A DNA stretch of 64,000 bases from an uncultured Gammaproteobacteria bacterium (GTDB taxonomy: Bacteria; Pseudomonadota; Gammaproteobacteria; Steroidobacterales; GCA-2729495): NCBI GenBank assembly GCA_937921935.1, contig CAKZWQ010000029.1, positions 9,838-73,837 of the forward strand. Direction: 5' to 3'. Under the pieces are notes generated by a model. The model did no database searches, was not told where the DNA came from, and saw only the letters and a list, made by a program, of their open reading frames with translations. The translations under genes and the position numbers were made by a program. Below are positions 57,557 to 64,000 of the stretch, one piece after another; the first letter of the stretch is position 1; every line of letters begins with the position of its first letter.

Positions 57557-57868
57557 ATGCATCTATACGTTGGCGTTTGCCTTAAACAGCAGGATTCGGG
57601 TGGCTGGGCAGCCCATGCGCCGGACCTGCCGGGCTGTGAAGTCCGGGGGGCCTCATCCGGCGAGGCCCTGGCCCGGGTACGCCTGGCCCTGGAGGGCCGC
57701 ATTGCGGAACGACTGGGCCGGGGCGAGGCACTGCCTGAACCACGCGGGCTCGATGAGTTACGAGAAACCGATAACGGCGCAGGCGAGTACTTCAGCGTGC
57801 ATATGAATCTGCGCCACCTGCAGGCGCTGGCCCGCCACCAGGCGGGGCGCTGGGAGAAACCTGAATAG
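57557..57868 (+). CDS. HicB-like (UPF0150) antitoxin-fold protein, no adjacent HicA
   Basis: 'GGWAAHAPDLPGCEVRGASSGEALARVRLALE' matches the HicB N-terminal domain pattern. Confidence 0.6.
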   Translation: MHLYVGVCLKQQDSGGWAAHAPDLPGCEVRGASSGEALARVRLALEGRIAERLGRGEALPEPRGLDELRETDNGAGEYFSVHMNLRHLQALARHQAGRWEKPE

Positions 57869-57870
57869 AA

Positions 57871-58350
57871 CTAGCCGGGCGGCTGCTCCATGGTATCGGG
57901 CATCCGCACAGCCACGGCCTGGCCGCGCACGCGCAACTGGTCCGCAGCCCATAACTCCACCGCCACGACCACCTTGCGTCGACCCGTTTCAGCGGGGCGA
58001 GCCTGAAGCTCCAGGATTTCCCCCAGGGGTGTGGGCGCGAGGAAATCAATGTTCAGGGATGCGGTCACGAAACGAAAATCAGGCAGGCTGCCGGGCGCCC
58101 GGCCTTCCGCCGCATAAGACGCCGCAGCAGCAGTCGCCATCGCATGGCAGTCAATCAATGAGGCAATCAACCCACCATAGACGAAACCGGGCACCGCAAT
58201 ATGATGTGGCTCGGGGGTGAACAGCGCGATGGCCTGCTCGCCGTCCCACCGACTCTCGATCTGCAGGCCGTGGTCATTCAGGCGGCCACAGCCATAGCAA
58301 TGACTGAATTCCGGTGGATAAAAATCCTGAATAGGCTCTGCAGCCTTCAT
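57871..58350 (-). CDS. PaaI-family hotdog-fold thioesterase
   Basis: 'CYGCG..N..GL', 'GFVYGGLIASLIDCHAM' motifs. Confidence 0.8.
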   Translation of the reverse strand: MKAAEPIQDFYPPEFSHCYGCGRLNDHGLQIESRWDGEQAIALFTPEPHHIAVPGFVYGGLIASLIDCHAMATAAAASYAAEGRAPGSLPDFRFVTASLNIDFLAPTPLGEILELQARPAETGRRKVVVAVELWAADQLRVRGQAVAVRMPDTMEQPPG

Positions 58351-59198
58351 ATGAGCCTGCGCCTGAATACCAGTAACAGGAAGAGACTGAGAAGCGTTAC
58401 GCCGTCTAATGCCATTCCGCCACCGCCGCCGCTACCCTTCTGCCAGGTCACCTCGGCCAATGCCGGTTCGTCTTCCAGGCGTACCTCAAAGCGATCCAGC
58501 TCCGTCATCAGATTGGTGGTCATATCAGCCATGGCGGCAGAGAAGCCGGCCGCACGCTCGTCACGCATACGTTCCGTACTCTTCACCGCTGTGGTCTGGG
58601 ACTGACGTTTGTCGGTTCCGGGAGCGCGGAACAACAAGGTTCCGGTGGGCACATCAAAGACAGCCGTGTCGACAAATGTCTGCACTTCATTCTCTGTTGC
58701 CGGAATCACGTAGGCACCGACAATTGTCCAGTACAGCAATGATGCGGTTGTCTCCCCGGTTGCCGCCACCTGATCGTAAGAAACCAGGGCGATTACATCC
58801 ACGCCATAGAGTCGGGCTACCTGCTGCATGCCTGCGATGCCACTGTTAGCCCGCAGATAAGTCTCAGGGATTACTTCAATACGCTCGATATACTTGCGGT
58901 CGACAAATGCCTGCCTGGCCTTATTCAGCAGCTCATCTTTCTTTGCCTCGGACAAGCCCTGGATGCCGGTCCCCGGGCTGGGCACGAAGGCAATGCCTGC
59001 CCGCAGCGGCAACTCCAGCTTCGGGACGCCCGGCGTGAGTTCGGGGGGGACCTGGCCTTCCGGATAGAGGTAGTCAACGAGGCTGCTTGAAACGCCCTTG
59101 CGAGCTTCGTAGGAGTCGGGACCGCCGAGCAGCCAGCTGCAGCCCCCGGTAAACACCACAAAAATCAGGCCAGTCAGAAGAAAATATGGTCTGGACAT
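58347..59198 (-). CDS. Rhombotarget-type lipoprotein (N-terminal lipobox plus C-terminal GlyGly-CTERM sorting signal)
   Basis: 'VFTGGCS' lipobox. C-terminus 'GSGGGGGMALDGVTLLSLFLLLVFRRRLI' is a Gly-rich stretch, TM helix and basic tail. ATGA overlap with the downstream thioesterase gene. Confidence 0.65.
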   Translation of the reverse strand: MSRPYFLLTGLIFVVFTGGCSWLLGGPDSYEARKGVSSSLVDYLYPEGQVPPELTPGVPKLELPLRAGIAFVPSPGTGIQGLSEAKKDELLNKARQAFVDRKYIERIEVIPETYLRANSGIAGMQQVARLYGVDVIALVSYDQVAATGETTASLLYWTIVGAYVIPATENEVQTFVDTAVFDVPTGTLLFRAPGTDKRQSQTTAVKSTERMRDERAAGFSAAMADMTTNLMTELDRFEVRLEDEPALAEVTWQKGSGGGGGMALDGVTLLSLFLLLVFRRRLI

Positions 59199-59265
59199 GC
59201 TTAAACCTCAGCTGGAAGACAGGTCACTAAACTGCACTAATTGTTACAGGGAGTTCGTTAATGAG

Positions 59266-59658
59266 TTACCAGTGTAAACGACGCCGATCAATCCACCACA
59301 GGCCGGCCACGACAGCGCCGAATACCGTATAGCCTAAGACGAAAACCCAGACCTGGGCATCGTAGAACAGCAGCCGATGCAGCCAGTCCTGAACGAAGCT
59401 CTGTTCGTACGGTGCCTGACCGGCACGCACCCGCAACTCGTTCTCCCACCGGGTCAGGGGACAGATCTGGCCCAGCCATGCCTGGGCAACAACAATTCCA
59501 ATGGCCAGCAGATGGAGTAGCCGAAACTTCAGAGAGCAGGTCCAGGGCCAGCCTGCCCATCTGCCTGCGATGACAGCCAATAATCCCAGTACCACAAAGG
59601 CCACGAAGAAAAAATGGACCACCAGTACCAGGTCAGCGAGATACTGATAAACCCTCAC
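59266..59658 (-). CDS. DUF2784-like small membrane protein
   Basis: 130 aa with 3-4 TM. 'VVHFFFVAFVVLG', 'CPLTRWENELR' motifs. Confidence 0.6.
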   Translation of the reverse strand: MRVYQYLADLVLVVHFFFVAFVVLGLLAVIAGRWAGWPWTCSLKFRLLHLLAIGIVVAQAWLGQICPLTRWENELRVRAGQAPYEQSFVQDWLHRLLFYDAQVWVFVLGYTVFGAVVAGLWWIDRRRLHW

Positions 59659-59709
59659 TTTGGTCTGGCCTTTTTGCCTGAATTTCGCTCAATCTTCTGC
59701 AAAGAATCT

Positions 59710-60198
59710 TCAGCACTCCAGGCCAAGCCGCTCATGCCAGGCCGCAATGGATTCAAGCGGATAACGAGGGAATTGTTTGTCCTGGGGATCAGCCTGCAAC
59801 GGCACCCAGTTCGCCCTGAAGTCCAGCAACAGGTGCGTGCGCTCCGGTGGTGTCGGTAGTTCGGAATCAATGGCAGAAGCAAAGGGATGCACCAGCTCCG
59901 GCCAGTTGGGATCATAAACCCACAGTGCGCTGCCGCATTCGCGACAGAAGCGCCGTTCGCCCCGACTGGTGCGTGTTTCACCGGTGTCGGGATTTGTCAG
60001 GCGGGCATGATAAACAGCGATGTGCTCGTCGCCCTGAACCTGCAGAGTGCGGTGATCGCCACTCAGATTAATCGCATAGCCACCACCCCCGGCAGTTTTT
60101 CTGCAAATAGAGCAATAGCAGAGGTTAAACGGATACGGGTGAGCACTCTGCAGGCTGAAGTGCACCGCGCCGCAATGACAGGATCCCTTGAGCTCCAT
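59710..60198 (-). CDS. GFA (glutathione-dependent formaldehyde-activating / CENP-V) family Zn protein
   Basis: 'GSCHCGAV.F', 'CYCSICRK', 'FCRECGS' Cys motifs. Confidence 0.85.
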   Translation of the reverse strand: MELKGSCHCGAVHFSLQSAHPYPFNLCYCSICRKTAGGGGYAINLSGDHRTLQVQGDEHIAVYHARLTNPDTGETRTSRGERRFCRECGSALWVYDPNWPELVHPFASAIDSELPTPPERTHLLLDFRANWVPLQADPQDKQFPRYPLESIAAWHERLGLEC

Positions 60199-60235
60199 AA
60201 TTCAGCTCCCCATTCCCGGTGAAACGAACTACAGG

Positions 60236-60604
60236 CTACTCCAGAGACTCGTAGTTTGGCCATTCGAAACGCGGCGTGCAGATGCACAGGAAAATCAGGT
60301 CTTCGGGGCCGGTATTGCTGATGCGCTGGGGGACACCGGGCGGAATCAGGACCACATCGCCAGGCTCCACAGCCTCAGCAGGCCCCCGGTCGATACTCAC
60401 CTCACCCTGCCCCTGCAACAGCACATAGCGTTCGGCGGTGTTGAGGACACGGTGCAGTTTGGTCGTGACCCCTGGCAGGACACGGGCCCGGGCTATGGAA
60501 ACCGCAGGATCTTCCGCGCCATTGGAGAGCTCGAGAATGTAGCACCTCTCCTCGGTGAGGTACTCGGCGCCTGAATCAGGCCTGCCAACTGCCGCTTGCT
60601 GCAT
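60236..60604 (-). CDS. Cupin domain protein
   Basis: 122 aa. 'TKLHRVLNTAERYVLLQGQGEV' and 'GDVVLIPPGVPQRISNTG' resemble cupin motifs 1 and 2. Confidence 0.75.
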   Translation of the reverse strand: MQQAAVGRPDSGAEYLTEERCYILELSNGAEDPAVSIARARVLPGVTTKLHRVLNTAERYVLLQGQGEVSIDRGPAEAVEPGDVVLIPPGVPQRISNTGPEDLIFLCICTPRFEWPNYESLE

Positions 60605-60668
60605 CTCATGCTCCTGCCGCCGGCCAACACCGGTTGCGCATCAGGATACGCCAGCACTCAGGACTAAG

Positions 60669-60890
60669 TTAGCGGTCGTAGTGCAGCTCCTGTGCGACAC
60701 CCCGCAAGGTGGCTATGCGTTGCTGGTGATCCCGGAACCGCCGACGACCCTCTTCGTCTCTCGGATCCACAAGCTCTCCGCGCAGTTGGCGCTGCCACAA
60801 ACGTTCTTCCCAGTCCGAAAGAGATTGTCGATTCTTATAGGCGATATAGTCCAGAGCTTTAGGAAAAGTTCCAATCCTTAGGTCGTCCAT
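60669..60890 (-). CDS. Hypothetical small charged protein (73 aa)
   Basis: ORF only; Arg/Glu-rich and probably helical. No family recognised. Confidence 0.4.
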   Translation of the reverse strand: MDDLRIGTFPKALDYIAYKNRQSLSDWEERLWQRQLRGELVDPRDEEGRRRFRDHQQRIATLRGVAQELHYDR

Positions 60891-61055
60891 GATCTTTTTC
60901 TTCTTTTTCAGCGACGAAAAAAGTCTAGATCAGCCGGCCTGAAAAATGCACCTGCGTCACACTTCTGCAGGCTTGATTGGTGTGGTTGTGCGGTTTTTTA
61001 CCGGGCTCTTATGTGCTTATGTCAGCTGTCCCATTTCATGTGCCGCACAAGTTCA

Positions 61056-61343
61056 TCACTTGGCTGTAACGATCAACTGTTCTTTTTCAGCGCGTGCCAG
61101 TTTCTTGATCTGCAACTCCCGTCGCAGAGCCGTGCCATGATCGGCAGCCGGCTCTGCATAAACTATTTCAACGGGCAGTCGCGCACGGGTATAGCGTGAG
61201 GCCTTGCCGCGATTATGCTGGGTCAGTCGAGCCTGCAGATCCTTGGTGACCCCGGTATACAAGCTCTGGTCGGCACAGCGAAGCATGTACACATGCCAGT
61301 CGGAGTCGCCGGTCACAGGCAACACGCCTGGCTTAACAGGCAA
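61056..61343 (-). CDS. GIY-YIG nuclease family protein (YhbQ/UPF0213-like)
   Basis: 'WHVYMLRCADQSLYTGVTKDLQARLTQHNRGKASRYTRARLPV' and 'RRELQIKKL' motifs. Confidence 0.85.
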   Translation of the reverse strand: MPVKPGVLPVTGDSDWHVYMLRCADQSLYTGVTKDLQARLTQHNRGKASRYTRARLPVEIVYAEPAADHGTALRRELQIKKLARAEKEQLIVTAK

Positions 61344-61367
61344 GTCTGCTGGCTATTGCCGCGCGGA

Positions 61368-62132
61368 TTACAGGAATTCACGCAGACTCTGCGCGTACGC
61401 CGGCCAAAGATGAACGGTGCCGTGATTCGCTTCCGGAATCAGCGTAAAACTTAGTTGATTCGAGGGAAAAGCCGCCACCAGCGCATCAGAGTGGGGCCGG
61501 GTAATCACGCTGTCCTCGGCGGCGACCACCACCAGGACCTGGGCGGCTACCTCAGGCACACGGCTGACAGAATCAAACCGGTCCTGCAGCAACAGGGACG
61601 TGGGCAGTATCGGGAACATCCGCCGGGCGATGCGGGCCACGCTGTCAAAGGGGGTCACCAGAACCAGTCGCTGCACCGGCCGCTGGGTAGCAAGATAAAC
61701 GGCGACACCGCTACCCAGGCTGCGGCCGACAACTGCGATCTCCTGATACCGGGGGGCAAGTTCGTCAAATATCCGCACGGCATCGGCGAACAGGGCAGCT
61801 TCCGAAGGTTCACCTGTGCTCCCACCGTAGCCACGATAGTTGGCGAAATAGATTGTGGTTTCGGGAAACCAGGCAGTGTAGTCGGGAATGTTGTGTGAGA
61901 TCTCTTCAGCGTTGCCACCAAAATACACGATTGCCCGGGAACGGCCGCTGTTCACACGCCAGAGCTTCAGGGTCTCCGCACCACTAGGTAGCCAGACTGC
62001 TTCTGCCGGTGCGCTTGCGACTTCCGGTTGCGGAAAGTAGATCAATCGTCGCTGGCCGAAATACAGCGACAGGCAGATGCCTGCATAGATGAGAGTCGCA
62101 CTTAGCAGCAGGGTCATCGCGTTTTTTTTCAC
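61368..62132 (-). CDS. Alpha/beta hydrolase with N-terminal membrane anchor
   Basis: Nucleophile elbow 'GRSLGSG', N-terminal TM, C-terminal 'ANH' His region. Confidence 0.8.
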   Translation of the reverse strand: MKKNAMTLLLSATLIYAGICLSLYFGQRRLIYFPQPEVASAPAEAVWLPSGAETLKLWRVNSGRSRAIVYFGGNAEEISHNIPDYTAWFPETTIYFANYRGYGGSTGEPSEAALFADAVRIFDELAPRYQEIAVVGRSLGSGVAVYLATQRPVQRLVLVTPFDSVARIARRMFPILPTSLLLQDRFDSVSRVPEVAAQVLVVVAAEDSVITRPHSDALVAAFPSNQLSFTLIPEANHGTVHLWPAYAQSLREFL

Positions 62133-62147
62133 CGACCGACGATCCCG

Positions 62148-62480
62148 CTAGGCGGCGTCGTCGCCGCGAGCCCGGGCCCGCATCAGTCGTCCCCGCTTGA
62201 TCAGAAGGTAGGCGCCCATACCATCCAGGGCAAAGCCAAGAAAGATCAATTCCAATGCGAAGTCTGGCAAACCAGACCTCGCAGGTATCAGTGTCTGAGC
62301 CGGGCTCAGCCACATGAACAAGCCCAGCCCCGCAATCAGGCAGCCACCGTAAGTGAGCACCCCAATCAGCAAGGCCGACGGCAGACCGGCCTGCGCCGAG
62401 TCGGGTTGAAAACTACGCGGCAGTTCGATCGGACTCTTCGGGTCATCCATCCTGTTTATCCCCCGTGGCAGCACCGACAT
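62148..62480 (-). CDS. Hypothetical two-TM small membrane protein
   Basis: 110-aa ORF with two hydrophobic helices, 15 nt upstream of the hydrolase gene. Confidence 0.5.
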   Translation of the reverse strand: MSVLPRGINRMDDPKSPIELPRSFQPDSAQAGLPSALLIGVLTYGGCLIAGLGLFMWLSPAQTLIPARSGLPDFALELIFLGFALDGMGAYLLIKRGRLMRARARGDDAA

Positions 62481-62550
62481 CGTATCCTTAAGTCTACGGG
62501 CCTTGAATTATACTGGCCTGCCAAAGGCTTCTCGCGCCAGGCTCGCTAGC

Positions 62551-63060
62551 ATGAACACCACGCTGCAACTGCGCATCGCTGTAGATGAGGATCTTGATTA
62601 CCTGACCGATATCTACAACCAGGCCATTGCCCTGGGAACGGCGACTGCACATACACGGCCCGTGACCCTGGATGACCGGCGCGCATGGCTGCACAGCCAT
62701 CCGCCGGCTAACTATCCGGTGTTCGTGGCAGTGCGGGAGAAGCCCGTGGTGGGCTACTGCAGTCTGAGCCCCTATCGCGCGGGCCGCGAGGCCCTCAAAG
62801 CCACCGCGGAGATCAGCTACTACGTGCACGCCGATCACCGTGGTACCGGCATTGGCACCGCCCTGATTCAGCACGCCATGGACCAGTGCCCGCACCTGGG
62901 CATCAAGACCCTGTTTGCGATTCTGCTGGACATCAACCAGGCCAGCGTTCGCATACTGGATAAGCTGGGCTTTGAGCAATGGGGGCATCTGCCGCGCGTG
63001 GCGAATTTCGACGGGCAGGAGTGCGGGCACCTGTATTACGGGCGACGGCTGACAGCTTAG
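62551..63060 (+). CDS. GNAT-family N-acetyltransferase (phosphinothricin acetyltransferase-like)
   Basis: 'ISYYVHADHRGTGIGTALIQHAM' acetyl-CoA-binding motif and 'N.AS..L..KLGFE..G'. ATG at 62551; the longest ORF starts at TTG 62503. Confidence 0.85.
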   Translation: MNTTLQLRIAVDEDLDYLTDIYNQAIALGTATAHTRPVTLDDRRAWLHSHPPANYPVFVAVREKPVVGYCSLSPYRAGREALKATAEISYYVHADHRGTGIGTALIQHAMDQCPHLGIKTLFAILLDINQASVRILDKLGFEQWGHLPRVANFDGQECGHLYYGRRLTA

Positions 63061-63078
63061 GCCGGGTCTTGAGAGCGG

Positions 63079-63450
63079 TCAGTCAGCAGCCGGATGGATC
63101 AGTTTGCCGCCGATCCAGACGCCTACCGCCATGCACTCATGGCAGGCACTGAATTCCATGCCGGCCGCGAACAAGTCGGACTGAATAGGTGCCCAGCGAT
63201 CGATGAAAAGCGCACCGGAATTCACTTTATTCCAGTAATCAACCTTCTGCTCGCGAACGTCCGGGGGAAACTGAGGATTCTCGGCGAGGCGCTGCAGGTC
63301 AGCACCCTGGATTCTCAAGGGCACTCCTTCCGGATTATTGATGCGACTTAAATAAGCATTGAACCAGGCCTGATCGGCCAGGCGGCCACAAGTCGGGCAA
63401 TTAAAGCGATTGCGCGACATGGCCGGCTCAATAGTTTCCTCCGTGGTCAT
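63079..63450 (-). CDS. Hypothetical protein with CxxC ... CxxC spacing (possible Zn-binding)
   Basis: 123-aa ORF with 'CPTCG' near the N-terminus and 'CHEC' near the C-terminus. No family recognised. Confidence 0.5.
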   Translation of the reverse strand: MTTEETIEPAMSRNRFNCPTCGRLADQAWFNAYLSRINNPEGVPLRIQGADLQRLAENPQFPPDVREQKVDYWNKVNSGALFIDRWAPIQSDLFAAGMEFSACHECMAVGVWIGGKLIHPAAD

Positions 63451-63493
63451 AATTTCTGAACCTTTGGTGAGCGGTGTGGAAAATTAGCGCCGG

Positions 63494-64000
63494 CTAGCCC
63501 GCCGGCTGCAGGGTGGCATTGTCGGGCGACCGCAGCTCCGGGTGCTCCGACTCTGCCTGCTGTATTCGCCATAGCTCCGCATAGCGTCCCTCGTGGGCCA
63601 GCAACTGCGCGTGAGCGCCCACTTCGACTATCTCACCCTGGTCCAGCACCACGATCTGATCTGCATCGACGACGGTGGACAGGCGGTGAGCAATCACCAG
63701 GCTGGTATGGCCGGTGGCAATCTCCCGGATTGCCGCCAGGATCGCCCGCTCTGACTTGCTGTCCAGCGACGAGGTGGCTTCGTCAAAAATCATGATAGGC
63801 GGCTGCTTGAGCAGCGCCCGGGCGATAGCAACCCGCTGTTTCTCGCCCCCGGATAACTTCAGCCCGCGCTCTCCCACAATGGTGTTGCCGCCGGCCGGTA
63901 GTCGCCCGATAAAGTCTTCCAGATGGGCCAGACGAATGGCCTCGCCCACTTCATCATCCTGCGCATCCGGCCGGCCGTAGCGGACATTCTCGAAAATCGT
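63494..64000 (-). CDS. ABC exporter (fused permease/ATPase, ABCB/ATM1-MsbA-like), C-terminal ATPase part only; continues beyond window end
   Basis: 'LSGGEKQRVAIARALL', Walker B 'IMIFDEATSSLD', H-loop 'LVIAHRLST' motifs. The frame is open to position 64000. Confidence 0.88.
   Translation of the reverse strand, partial: TIFENVRYGRPDAQDDEVGEAIRLAHLEDFIGRLPAGGNTIVGERGLKLSGGEKQRVAIARALLKQPPIMIFDEATSSLDSKSERAILAAIREIATGHTSLVIAHRLSTVVDADQIVVLDQGEIVEVGAHAQLLAHEGRYAELWRIQQAESEHPELRSPDNATLQPAG

Noticed and set aside
1-64000. Looked for CRISPR arrays, rRNA/tRNA genes, IS/transposase, integrase or phage genes, and known defence-system signature proteins.
   Set aside because: None was recognised by eye. 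No regularly spaced repeats were seen, and no ORF with recombinase, Cas, restriction-modification, or STAND/helicase-nuclease defence-like architecture beyond the housekeeping helicases (uvrD, recG).

Overview
64-kb chromosomal segment of a high-GC, Gammaproteobacteria-like genome. Sampled core lines are about 65-70% G+C. Two patches are visibly lower in GC, at about 0.65-3.1 kb and 10.1-11.9 kb. I call about 74 protein-coding genes. I recognised no rRNA, tRNA, CRISPR array, transposase or integrase. Most of the window is conserved housekeeping synteny: tesA/ybbA/ybbP; pyrF-dgt-aroB-aroK; pilMNOPQ divergent from ponA; gltA; rpmE; PP2C-rph-rdgB; yicC-gmk-rpoZ-spoT-ridA-recG; ubiA; comF/bioB-bioC; an aa3-type cytochrome c oxidase structural and biogenesis cluster; uvrD; and trkA-trkH followed directly by TRAP dctQ-dctM. 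The last ~8 kb (55.9-63.5 kb) is an accessory-looking string of small genes with poorly characterised functions. My best candidates for an undescribed system are: (1) a translationally coupled DUF1538-DUF1538-PII-like-CBS four-gene module (7812-10106), which looks like a ligand-gated heteromeric membrane transporter of unknown substrate; (2) a 651-aa Ig-like-repeat lipoprotein inserted between pilQ and aroK and apparently co-transcribed with the type IV pilus secretin operon; (3) a low-GC islet with an orphan small helical protein and a 7-TM protein of unknown family. All family assignments come from motifs read by eye in the ORF translations. No database or HMM search was possible, so DUF/family names need confirmation.
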